From an uncultured virus (IMG/VR IMGVR_UViG_3300045974_000588) (Duplodnaviria > Heunggongvirae > Uroviricota > Caudoviricetes), in the IMG/VR virus record IMGVR_UViG_3300045974_000588: 56,394 nucleotides of DNA. The stretch is one strand, 5' to 3'. The translations under genes and the position numbers were made by a program. Below are positions 9,460 to 18,536 of the stretch, piece by piece. The notes beneath the pieces were generated by a model. That model searched no databases and was not told the origin of the DNA. It saw only the letters and a program-made list of their open reading frames with translations. Positions within the stretch are counted from its first letter, which is position 1; each line of letters begins with the position of its first letter.

Positions 9460-10032
9460 ATGAAAATCGTAGCAATTTCAGATACTCATAACAACCACTT
9501 AGACTTGATAATGCCTGAGGGAGATGTTCTCGTTCATTGTGGTGACTTTGGGCATTTCGAAACTGAAGAAGAAACTGATGAATTTGACAGGTGGCTTGGA
9601 ACTTTGAATTTCCAGCATAAGTTTGTGGTAATTGGAAATCATGACTTTCGAAAGCCACTACAGAATGGCACTTTGATTGGAAATCGTTTAGTCGTAGTTG
9701 ATGGGATTCAGTTTGGTGGGCTCAACTATTTTGATCCTGAAGTTCCGTATGCACCTTTTCAGAAGTTAGATGTTCTTCTAAGCCACGAGCCACCCTTTGG
9801 AATCTTAGATTCTGGAAAAGGTGATTTAGAAATTACTGAGATAAGTTCTGCTTGCAGCCCAGCTTTGCATATCTTTGGACACAATCATCACTATGCTGGC
9901 TACGAGGGCGGTTCCGCCGAAACTAAGTATGCGAACGTATCTAATTGCGATTCAGATTACAACCTAGTTTATCCTCCCAAGGTGTTTGAACTAACTAAAA
10001 CTGAAGATGGAATTCTGCTAGCCACCCTATAA
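9460..10032 (+). CDS. Calcineurin-like metallophosphoesterase (MPPED-type)
   Basis: ISDTH, HCGD, GNHD, SHEPP, FGHNH motifs. Confidence 0.9.
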   Translation: MKIVAISDTHNNHLDLIMPEGDVLVHCGDFGHFETEEETDEFDRWLGTLNFQHKFVVIGNHDFRKPLQNGTLIGNRLVVVDGIQFGGLNYFDPEVPYAPFQKLDVLLSHEPPFGILDSGKGDLEITEISSACSPALHIFGHNHHYAGYEGGSAETKYANVSNCDSDYNLVYPPKVFELTKTEDGILLATL

Positions 10033-10048
10033 TTTAGGGAGGGCTTCA

Positions 10049-10654
10049 GTGGCTGCATTTTATTTACATACTCAGATCTGGGAAGGTATTTACAAACCTT
10101 TCATTTCTGTGTATCGTAAATCATTTTTATTCTTTGCTTTACTAAATTTTGCTACAATTTACCCAGATGTTTACGAATTGCATAGTTTTAGTGGAAAACT
10201 GATAGTTGGAATTGCCGATGGAACTTTCGGCCTCTTACTATTATTCATGTTCTACCGTATTGGTAGAATTCATGAAAGCGAGCAAGAAAAAATTCATAAC
10301 CTTGTTGGACTGGCTCTGGCCCTGGCCGCAATCCAAGCCTTAGTTTCACTAGCTGTATCCACTCATATAAACTTTACTACTGATTTAATCATCGTGCTAT
10401 TTCTTAATGCTGTATTCCAAAGAGGTGAATGGCAGTATTGGAGTGTCCAATTGTGGTCAATCGTAGGTTGGTCATCTATCGTATACTTCCGTTGTGTTCT
10501 GACGTATTCATTACCGATAGTTAGCTTAGTGCACTGGGTGGTAATACTAGTATTTTCTATAGTAAGTCAAGAACTTGTAAGATTATACTTAGCTCACCTA
10601 GTAGATAAGTATACAGAAGCACAAAAAGAATTGTTAAAACGAAGTGAGGTTTAA
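10049..10654 (+). CDS. Integral membrane protein (~6 TM)
   Basis: Multiple hydrophobic ~20-aa segments; short charged C-terminal helix. Confidence 0.7.
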   Translation: MAAFYLHTQIWEGIYKPFISVYRKSFLFFALLNFATIYPDVYELHSFSGKLIVGIADGTFGLLLLFMFYRIGRIHESEQEKIHNLVGLALALAAIQALVSLAVSTHINFTTDLIIVLFLNAVFQRGEWQYWSVQLWSIVGWSSIVYFRCVLTYSLPIVSLVHWVVILVFSIVSQELVRLYLAHLVDKYTEAQKELLKRSEV

Positions 10655-11209
10655 GTGGATTTCAGAAGAGCACTACAACAACTTGGATCTGAATTAGAAA
10701 AGCGAAAAGCACCGTCTAAAGTTTGGGTTGTTGGAAGCGGCGCCTTAGTGCTCGGTCATGGGCTGAAACGAATTCCTGGTGATATTGATTGCATCTTGAA
10801 GAAAGGCAAACATAGCCTAATTCAAGAATTAGTAGCAGCTATTGGAACTGAGGATCCGGAATGGCTAAACTTTGAATTTGAGAAATTCAACGACAGCAAC
10901 GACATTAGCTCGTTGGATTTTTCTAAAACTGAAAGCTTTGGAGCATTGTCAGTTTGTTATGCTTCTTTAGAGCTTGTTTTAGCTCAAAAGTGTTCAGATG
11001 CTAGAGGATCAGGATTCCGAGACAAAGATTTCCAAGATATTGAATTTTGTGTTAAAAACCTAGGGTTAACCACTTTGGACGAAGTTTATGAAATTGTGGA
11101 ATCCAAAGATTTACTCGATACCACAACAGACGAAGAAGCTTTTCAGTTAGAAAAATTCTTACGCGCAATCTTACCGAAGGTTGCAACAGGCACTTTCGGG
11201 TTAATATAG
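10655..11209 (+). CDS. Pol-beta superfamily nucleotidyltransferase (DUF6036/AbiEii-like)
   Basis: VVGSGAL..GDID motif, WLN, LAQK..R.KD..DI. Confidence 0.7.
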   Translation: MDFRRALQQLGSELEKRKAPSKVWVVGSGALVLGHGLKRIPGDIDCILKKGKHSLIQELVAAIGTEDPEWLNFEFEKFNDSNDISSLDFSKTESFGALSVCYASLELVLAQKCSDARGSGFRDKDFQDIEFCVKNLGLTTLDEVYEIVESKDLLDTTTDEEAFQLEKFLRAILPKVATGTFGLI

Positions 11210-11224
11210 AGGTAGGAGTTTAAC

Positions 11225-11860
11225 ATGAAAATGAACATGAGGATTTCGATGCCTAGGAAACCATTCAATCCAGAGAAGCTAAACGAAGAAATGACCTTCC
11301 AAGAATTTGAATCTTGGCTTAAAGACAATCCTCGTATCGATGCTGAAGATAGTGCTAGTTTTAATGCCCACACGTTCCAATATCTTTTGAAGCAATATGC
11401 TTCATTACTAGGCAAGCAGTACGAAAACAAAGAATGGATCGATTACCCTATTGCTCCATCCATGCTGCCTGAGTATGGAATACGAATGCCTGCAGCATTT
11501 TTCTTAGAATGCTCCATGCACATAGTTCTGGATGAATTTTTCGGAATTATGTACATGCCGGATAGGAAGGCTAAGCGCTTTGATGGAGATATCCAAAAAG
11601 TTCTTATGGATAGAATTCGTGCAAGTAAATCTGATCCTGGAACATTCTTAGATTCTCTAAAGAGCTCCAACTTTTCTGAGACTGCAATGCTTAGAGATGT
11701 AGAAGCCCTTTACGGTCGAGTTGCTGTTAAGACTTGGTGGTATGAAGCAAGTGAAGAAACACTTGAAGCACTCAGATTAACCAGTGTTTACGATGAACTC
11801 GTAACCAAGTATGGTGGTGGTTTGGAGGATGTGGCAGCTCCAGCAACACCAACAGTTTAG
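11225..11860 (+). CDS. Hypothetical protein
   Basis: RBS AGGAG; 211 aa; GGTTA element upstream. Confidence 0.65.
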   Translation: MKMNMRISMPRKPFNPEKLNEEMTFQEFESWLKDNPRIDAEDSASFNAHTFQYLLKQYASLLGKQYENKEWIDYPIAPSMLPEYGIRMPAAFFLECSMHIVLDEFFGIMYMPDRKAKRFDGDIQKVLMDRIRASKSDPGTFLDSLKSSNFSETAMLRDVEALYGRVAVKTWWYEASEETLEALRLTSVYDELVTKYGGGLEDVAAPATPTV

Positions 11861-11892
11861 TGTAAACTTTCATCTTTTTCTTAGGGTAACTT

Positions 11893-12078
11893 GTGTCAAA
11901 ACTTCATTTCTTAATTCAGTGTGCGTGGTGTAAGAAAGAAAAAGATTCTAACGGTAAGTGGGTGAGTACTAATTTGGCTAAGAGGATTCCTAGAGATCGA
12001 GTTTCTCACGGGCTATGCCACAAGTGTGCTTCAACACATTTTTCACCTGCCGCCATTCAGTTGGCTTTCGTTGACTAG
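11893..12078 (+). CDS. Stand-alone CxxC...SHGxCxxC zinc-binding domain
   Basis: IQCAWCKK..D.NG.W...VSHGLCHKC resembles the C-terminal module found on bacterial response-regulator/PAS signalling proteins. Confidence 0.6.
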   Translation: MSKLHFLIQCAWCKKEKDSNGKWVSTNLAKRIPRDRVSHGLCHKCASTHFSPAAIQLAFVD

Positions 12079-12095
12079 ACTTTGGGTCGATCTAC

Positions 12096-12977
12096 TTGAA
12101 ACATGTTGCTCATAAGCTTATCTTCGACCCGTTAGATTTCTTAGAGTATTTCTGTCCAGCAGAATTAGATATCACAAAAGACTTGTTTGGCTTTAACGAG
12201 CTGAAAATTCTTTTGCAGAAATACACGCTCTGTAAATCTTATGCCGAACGAATAGCAGTTAAGCATGGAATTGGATACAAACAGATAAACCCGATTGTTG
12301 ATTCTGATTTAACCGCCTACGTAATGGCTGTAGCTGCCCCTACAACCGTTGGGAAAAGCTACCTTGCTACAAGGGGTATAGGGTTAGAGCTAGCCCGTAA
12401 ATACGAGATTGGCTTCTATTCTTATGAAGCTCTAAGAGGCTTTGATTTTAAGTCTCTTTCGAATTTCTATTTATTCAATGAAGAAGAATTGGAATTCTGC
12501 CAACATAAATTCAGAAAGCTTGGGCTTGAAGTTGATTTGAAAACTTCAGAATATCTAGTTTGTGTTAGCAGAGACAAAACTGGGAAGATTAATAACTTGG
12601 GCTTCAGAGTTCTAAATCCACTTTTAGAAACGCAAGTAGCTAAATGGCTCTTTTCTCATGGGCGTCAAGCTACATTTGGCCTTCAAAACATTGAAGATAG
12701 AGCAATCATAGTAGAAGGATTCTTTGATTCTTTGGCACTTTGGGAGTGTGGATATCCCGCTGTAGGTTTAGGATCTGCCGGAGTTTCACCAGCTCACTTA
12801 GAATTTCTTAAAAACCTACGGTTATCCTTCTTGATGGACAGTGATGAAACTGGTACTAACGTATCAAAAGAATTAATGACTCAAGGTCATAGAGTCTTGA
12901 AACTAAATTCTATAGAAAAAGATCCATTTGAAGCCTGGATCAAAACTAAAACACTAAACTTTACGGAGTGGCAATGA
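12096..12977 (+). CDS. DnaG-type primase catalytic/Toprim protein lacking an evident Zn-binding domain
   Basis: YL..RGI...A.KYEIG, GFR, IIVEGFFD, LMDSDETG, KDP motifs. Confidence 0.75.
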   Translation: MKHVAHKLIFDPLDFLEYFCPAELDITKDLFGFNELKILLQKYTLCKSYAERIAVKHGIGYKQINPIVDSDLTAYVMAVAAPTTVGKSYLATRGIGLELARKYEIGFYSYEALRGFDFKSLSNFYLFNEEELEFCQHKFRKLGLEVDLKTSEYLVCVSRDKTGKINNLGFRVLNPLLETQVAKWLFSHGRQATFGLQNIEDRAIIVEGFFDSLALWECGYPAVGLGSAGVSPAHLEFLKNLRLSFLMDSDETGTNVSKELMTQGHRVLKLNSIEKDPFEAWIKTKTLNFTEWQ

Positions 12978-13561
12978 ATCTCGCAATTTGTGGATTGATG
13001 AAGGCGGGAAAAGATACCGCAGCAGACTACATACTGGGCTGTGGAAAATATGGCCCCGGCTTCATAACGAAGTTTGCAGATCCAATATACAACCTTCAAG
13101 CGATGATTTACAAAGAAATGGGGTTGACTCTTCCTCCAGATGGAAAAGATAGAAACCTTCTTCAATTACTTGGAACTGAGTGGGGTCGTCAGCGCGATCC
13201 AAACATTTGGGTAAACAAGTGGGAAAAGAACCTCAAGGAGGTCTTGGAAGGGCCTACATCCTGCACTTACGCGGCCAGACAGAACGTAATCGTTACTGAT
13301 ATGCGTTTTCCAAATGAACTGAAAGCTCTTCAAAAGTTGGGCTTCCGGATCATATACGTGTGGGCGGATGAAGAGATTAGACTGGCCCGGGGAGCTAAGT
13401 CAATTCCAAATCATGAGTCAGAAAGAATGATGACTCAGTGGGAAGGAGAGTACTTGGTGAATGAGAAATTGCCTGATGCTGAGGTAATTGAAAATTGTGG
13501 TTCATTAGAAGAATTTCATACCCGTATTGATACCCTATTGATAGAAGTTTTAGCGAAATAA
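12974..13561 (+). CDS. Deoxynucleoside monophosphate kinase (T4 gp1-like)
   Basis: GLMKAGKDT P-loop, FADP, R.LLQ.LGTEWGR, W, TDMRFPNE, HESE motifs. Confidence 0.9.
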   Translation: MNLAICGLMKAGKDTAADYILGCGKYGPGFITKFADPIYNLQAMIYKEMGLTLPPDGKDRNLLQLLGTEWGRQRDPNIWVNKWEKNLKEVLEGPTSCTYAARQNVIVTDMRFPNELKALQKLGFRIIYVWADEEIRLARGAKSIPNHESERMMTQWEGEYLVNEKLPDAEVIENCGSLEEFHTRIDTLLIEVLAK

Positions 13562-13585
13562 CGGGTTAACAAATCAGGTGGGTGT

Positions 13586-14764
13586 ATGATTAAACACAGT
13601 GCTTTCCCAAAGTGTTTTTACGTAAGTGATAATCGGCCATCTAAAGAACTTTTCCAAGCCCTTCAATCGTTAGAAGAACTTTCTTCAGAAAACAAAATCT
13701 TTAAAGTTGCCACTCGCAAACAGCTGAAATTGATGGGTTTGGACTACGATGTATTCGGCACTTGCTGTACTAACACAATCTTAGATCCCTTAGCCAAGCC
13801 ACTTGAAGTGCCTAACACAATCTCTTTGGAAACAGTTGAAGACTGGTGTGGTAAATTAGAGGAAACTGCAGCAGAGCTTGAAGATAAGATTAGCCTCCTA
13901 TTGGAGTTTATTCCTCGTTCTGAATCAAAGTTAAAGCCTTACAGAGTAGAAGATGTTTACGACCATTCTTTGCTTTTGCTGGCCCACTACTTAACACAGA
14001 TCATAGCCATTCAGCAGTTAGCAAATGCAACTATTCTATTATCTAGTGATGATCTCGCTAAAGTGTTGGCAAGTTTCTCCACAGAATTTTTGAATGGTTC
14101 TAAGTTTCCAGTTCCTGCCAATCTAAAAGGTAGGGAACGAGAGTTGTACGTTCTTCGCTTGCTAGTTGTCAATTTCTTAACTGATATTAGTAACGCGATT
14201 TACAGTGCTACAGCTCCTGAGCACGAAAAGTTATCAGATTTCTTGAATTTTGTTTCAGGCATGAACGAATACATGCAGAAGCAACAAGGAGAAGATGAGT
14301 CAGTTAATCATTTTGAGATTCACATCAGTCGTTTAGATCAACTTAGCATTTTTGATTACTACTACAAAACGAATAACATCTCAAGATTTAGTACTAGAGG
14401 AGTTATTGTAAATTCTGATAGAGATGTAGAAGTAAACATACCACGCATTGGTATTTTACACAGTTTAGAAACTGCTCCAGTAGATGAAGAAGAATCTGGA
14501 ATAGTTACAGAAGAAGCTGATACTACTCCACCAGCAGAAGAACCTCCGCCAGCTCCAGAAGCTGAGCTACTGGGTTTTACTCCTGCAGCTTGGGACAATT
14601 TATTGAGAGCCCCTCAAGATAGCTTACCACCAGTTGAAGAAGCTCCCAAGGGACGAAGAGGTCGTAAACCTAAGCCCACTCCAGTAGTGGCCGTTGTAGA
14701 GCCCACTGCGTCTTCAAATCCTGCAATTGCAATGATGGAGAGTATGATGAAGGGTCAAGGTTAA
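13586..14764 (+). CDS. Hypothetical protein with Pro/Glu-rich disordered C-terminus
   Basis: 392-aa ORF; low-complexity tail with basic patch KGRRGRKPK. Confidence 0.7.
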   Translation: MIKHSAFPKCFYVSDNRPSKELFQALQSLEELSSENKIFKVATRKQLKLMGLDYDVFGTCCTNTILDPLAKPLEVPNTISLETVEDWCGKLEETAAELEDKISLLLEFIPRSESKLKPYRVEDVYDHSLLLLAHYLTQIIAIQQLANATILLSSDDLAKVLASFSTEFLNGSKFPVPANLKGRERELYVLRLLVVNFLTDISNAIYSATAPEHEKLSDFLNFVSGMNEYMQKQQGEDESVNHFEIHISRLDQLSIFDYYYKTNNISRFSTRGVIVNSDRDVEVNIPRIGILHSLETAPVDEEESGIVTEEADTTPPAEEPPPAPEAELLGFTPAAWDNLLRAPQDSLPPVEEAPKGRRGRKPKPTPVVAVVEPTASSNPAIAMMESMMKGQG

Positions 14765-14766
14765 AA

Positions 14767-14943
14767 ATGTCCCAGAGCAAGATGCTGAGACCTAGCTTCA
14801 TTGACGAAGATACCGGTTACGCTTACTGTGAGAAGCACGCACCCTCCAGTGGCAATCCTGCAAAACAGGAAGATCTTAACGAAACAGAATCTTGCGCAAT
14901 CTGTGGGATTCAATTAATGTCCGGAGTTGAAAGTGAAAATTAA
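14767..14943 (+). CDS. Small putative zinc-binding protein (58 aa, not in ORF track)
   Basis: MSQSKML...YCEKH...SCAICG...SEN*; fills the gap before nrdJ. Confidence 0.5.
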   Translation: MSQSKMLRPSFIDEDTGYAYCEKHAPSSGNPAKQEDLNETESCAICGIQLMSGVESEN

Positions 14944-17900
14944 CAGAGTCTTTACCGCCAATACTTCTGATCCCTACGACGGTATCAACTTTGTTAAGAG
15001 GACTTCGCAAGTCTCCGGGCTAACTGGGAAGACAAGTCACGAAAACGAAAATGTGACAGTTCCTGAAGCTTGGTCTCAAGTTGCGGTGGACATCTTAGCT
15101 CAGAAGTATTTCCGTAAGAAGGGCCTTGGAGCTGATAAATCCGAAGGAGAATCGGATAGCCGTCAAGTATTTGATCGCTTGGTAGGCTGTTGGGCACACT
15201 GGGGTCAAGAGAATGGTTACTTTGATACACCCGAGGATGTGTCAGCTTTCAAAGATGAGTTAAAGTTCATGCTTGCTCGTCAGATGGCAGCACCTAACAG
15301 CCCTCAGTGGTTCAATACTGGCCTCCATTGGGCGTATGGAATTGACGGCCCTGCTCAGGGTCACTATTTCGTAGATCAGAAAACTGGAGTTCTTCAAGCG
15401 TCTACTTCTGCTTATGAACGGCCCCAGCCTCATGCATGCTTCATTCAAAGTGTTAACGACGACCTCGTTGGCGACAATGGCATCATGGACCTTTGGCAGA
15501 GAGAAGCACGACTGTTTAAATATGGAAGTGGAACGGGATCAAACTTCTCTGGCCTCCGCGGAAGAGACGAGAATCTAAGTGGTGGCGGCAAGAGTTCAGG
15601 CTTGATGAGCTTCTTGGTGATTGGTGATAAGAGTGCGGGCGCCATTAAGAGTGGCGGTACTACTCGCCGAGCCGCTAAGATGGTGATTCTCAATACTGAT
15701 CATCCAGACATCGAAGACTTCATTGACTGGAAAGTGAATGAAGAGCGCAAAGTGGTCGCAATGGCAGTCGGTTCGCAGTATATGCGTCGGCATTGGGATC
15801 GCATGTGTAAGGCGGTTGAATCGCACCCAAAGAAAGACGCGACAATCACCAATAACGAGAAACTGAAGAAGGCAGTTATCAACGCTAAGAAAGACGCACT
15901 TCCTCAAGCTTTCCTTTCTCAGTGCTTAGGTCGTCTGCAGAACGGCGATTTCTCCAGAGACTTAAAAGGTTACGATACGGATTGGCAGGGAGAAGCATAT
16001 CAAACCGTCAACGGAATGAATGCCAACAACTCTATTCGTATTCCCAACGAATTCATGGATTCAATCAAGACCGATCGGGATTGGAAGCTTACTGCTAGAA
16101 CCGATGGTCGAGTAATGAAGACAGTAAAAGCAAAAGATCTTTGGAACAAGATCAACCACGCAGCTTGGATGTGTGCTGATCCGGGAATTCAGTTCGATAC
16201 TACAATCAACGATTGGCACACGTGCTTAACTAGCGGTCGTATCAATGGATCGAATCCTTGCTCGGAATACATGTTCTTAGATGATACTGCCTGCAACTTG
16301 GCATCGTTAAATCTTTGCACATTCCTCAAAGACGGCCTTTTCAACATCGAGCAGTACAAGCACGCAACACGAATCTGGACAATTGTTCTTGAAATAAGTG
16401 TGATGATGGCCCAGTATCCATCACCTGAGATTGCTCAGAAGAGTTACGACTTCCGAACTCTAGGTTTGGGCTACGCTAACCTTGGCGCACTGCTGATGCG
16501 GATGGGCTTGGCTTACGATTCAGAAGTTGGTCGTCAGTGGGCAGGAGCATTGACTGCTATCATGACTGGTGAATCATATGCTGCTTCTGCTGAGATGGCA
16601 AAAGAGCTTGGTGCGTTCCCCAAGTATCAGGAAAACGCAGATGTAATGCTTCGAGTCATTCGAAATCATCGCTACGCTGCTTACAATGCCAAGTCTACAG
16701 AATACGAAGATTTGAATATCACTCCTGTGAGCCTCAAGATTCGTGGATTACCCAAACCGATTGGGGCTGCGGTAAAAGAAACTTGGGATCGCGCTTTTGA
16801 AATGGGCAAGCAATACGGCTACAGAAATGCTCAAACCACCCTCTTGGCTCCTACTGGGACGATTGGTTTGATTATGGATTGCGATACAACGGGTGTGGAA
16901 CCTGATTTCGCTTTGGTTAAGTTCAAAAAGCTGGCTGGTGGCGGATACATGAAGTTGGTAAATGGGGCAGTTCCTTCAGCTCTTGAGAAGTTGGGCTACT
17001 CAAAGAAGGATGTAGAGTCCATCGTAAATTACGCAATCGGCACCCGCAAGATCAGTGATGATTCAGCTGGAATTAATCTTACCGATTTGAAGAACTGCAA
17101 AGTTCCAGATGATGTAGTCATGAAAATCGAAAGATCATTGCCAAGTTGCTTTGATCCTTCTTTCCTCTTCACAGTTCAGAATCTTGGCGAGAATTTGTTT
17201 ACTGAACTTGGTCTAGATCCTAAGTCTTCTGCAGGACTGCTTGAGCAGTTGGGATTCAGCCAAGACAAGATTGAAATGTTCTACGAGGATATTTACGGTC
17301 GTGCAACGGTTGAAGGAGCCCCTGAACTCAAGGATGAACATCTTTCAGTATTCGATTGCGCTTCGAAGTGTGGCAAGACGGGTAAGCGTTTCGTGAAGCC
17401 AATGGGACACGTTGAAATGATGGCAGCTACTCAGCCCTTCTTGAGTGGAGCGATCTCCAAGACCGTGAACCTACCAGCTGAAACTGGAATGGATGAAGTA
17501 GCTTACATTCATGAAGAGGCTTGGAAGCTTGGGTTGAAGTCGATCGCAATTTACCGCGATGGATCCAAGATGTCGCAAGCAATGGCTACAAATCTTGATC
17601 TCTTGGAAGGTGCAGAAGCCCTCCTAGATGATAGCGAGACTATTCATGAAAAGGTCAAAGTTCTGGCAGAGCAGTTGGTAAGAGCTTACCGCAAGAAGCT
17701 TCCCACTCGCCGTGGTGGATACACCCAATCTGCTACAGTCGGAACGACGAAGATCTACCTCAGAACTGGTGAGTATGAAGATGGCAAGATTGGTGAGATC
17801 TTCATTGACACTCACAAGGAAGGAACAGCGTTCCGGTCACTGCTTAACAGCTTTGCAATTGCGATTAGCATTGGCCTCCAGTATGGCGTTCCCCTCGATG

Positions 17901-18301
17901 AATTCTGCGACGCGTTCCTCTTCACGAAGTTCGAGCCTGCGGGCATGGTGACTGGAAACGATCATATCAAGATGGCGTCTTCAATCATCGACTACATCTT
18001 CCGTGAACTGGCTATTACTTATCTTGGCAAACACGAGCTTAGCCACAAGGGAGAAGAAGCACCTTCCAGGCCTCGTACAGCAACAGTTGATCGTGGTGGA
18101 CAGAAGCAAGCTACACTGGAAGAGCCTGTCCCAGTTGCAACGCTTGGAACTTCGTCAGATGGACTTGTAGTAAAGACCTCATCGGCGCGAACCCACGGTT
18201 ATACGGGAGATATTTGTTCTGGCTGTGGATCCATTAGAATGGTAAGAGGTGGCACGTGTCTTAAGTGCCTTGATTGTGGGACAACTACCGGATGTAGCTG
18301 A
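14927..18301 (+). CDS. nrdJ: Class II (adenosylcobalamin-dependent) ribonucleotide reductase
   Basis: PNSPQWFNTG, PQPHACFI, GGTTRRAAKM, NPCSEY, APTGTI; C-terminal TSCPD-like region and terminal CxxC-CxxC ...TTGCS. Confidence 0.95.
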   Translation: MKVKINRVFTANTSDPYDGINFVKRTSQVSGLTGKTSHENENVTVPEAWSQVAVDILAQKYFRKKGLGADKSEGESDSRQVFDRLVGCWAHWGQENGYFDTPEDVSAFKDELKFMLARQMAAPNSPQWFNTGLHWAYGIDGPAQGHYFVDQKTGVLQASTSAYERPQPHACFIQSVNDDLVGDNGIMDLWQREARLFKYGSGTGSNFSGLRGRDENLSGGGKSSGLMSFLVIGDKSAGAIKSGGTTRRAAKMVILNTDHPDIEDFIDWKVNEERKVVAMAVGSQYMRRHWDRMCKAVESHPKKDATITNNEKLKKAVINAKKDALPQAFLSQCLGRLQNGDFSRDLKGYDTDWQGEAYQTVNGMNANNSIRIPNEFMDSIKTDRDWKLTARTDGRVMKTVKAKDLWNKINHAAWMCADPGIQFDTTINDWHTCLTSGRINGSNPCSEYMFLDDTACNLASLNLCTFLKDGLFNIEQYKHATRIWTIVLEISVMMAQYPSPEIAQKSYDFRTLGLGYANLGALLMRMGLAYDSEVGRQWAGALTAIMTGESYAASAEMAKELGAFPKYQENADVMLRVIRNHRYAAYNAKSTEYEDLNITPVSLKIRGLPKPIGAAVKETWDRAFEMGKQYGYRNAQTTLLAPTGTIGLIMDCDTTGVEPDFALVKFKKLAGGGYMKLVNGAVPSALEKLGYSKKDVESIVNYAIGTRKISDDSAGINLTDLKNCKVPDDVVMKIERSLPSCFDPSFLFTVQNLGENLFTELGLDPKSSAGLLEQLGFSQDKIEMFYEDIYGRATVEGAPELKDEHLSVFDCASKCGKTGKRFVKPMGHVEMMAATQPFLSGAISKTVNLPAETGMDEVAYIHEEAWKLGLKSIAIYRDGSKMSQAMATNLDLLEGAEALLDDSETIHEKVKVLAEQLVRAYRKKLPTRRGGYTQSATVGTTKIYLRTGEYEDGKIGEIFIDTHKEGTAFRSLLNSFAIAISIGLQYGVPLDEFCDAFLFTKFEPAGMVTGNDHIKMASSIIDYIFRELAITYLGKHELSHKGEEAPSRPRTATVDRGGQKQATLEEPVPVATLGTSSDGLVVKTSSARTHGYTGDICSGCGSIRMVRGGTCLKCLDCGTTTGCS

Positions 18302-18528
18302 TGGAAGGTATTAACGCTAGAATCAAAGTAATTCACCAGGACAGCCTCCCTATTGGAGCTGTCCTGGAATTTATATGCCCATCTTTAACTTGTGATACTG
18401 TTAGTGTTCGTTTAGGTCTTGATGAATTTGAATGGTTTGCAATGCAAGCACCTTATGAAGTAGAGTGTCCGAACTGCAAGATACTCGTTAAATTCAACCA
18501 AAACAAATTCACACAGAGAGACAACTGA
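18301..18528 (+). CDS. Small zinc-ribbon protein
   Basis: CPSLTC and CPNC pairs; TGATG coupling to nrdJ. Confidence 0.6.
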   Translation: MEGINARIKVIHQDSLPIGAVLEFICPSLTCDTVSVRLGLDEFEWFAMQAPYEVECPNCKILVKFNQNKFTQRDN

Positions 18529-18536
18529 GGTAGAAA

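Noticed and set aside
14764..14930. Cobalamin riboswitch upstream of nrdJ
   Set aside because: Region is occupied by a small ORF and no B12-box or structure was recognisable.
14927..14960. NrdJ N-terminus MKVKINRVFT as another leader copy
   Set aside because: Resembles the ordinary N-terminus of this NrdJ family (M.I.R.FT) and lacks the KA core.
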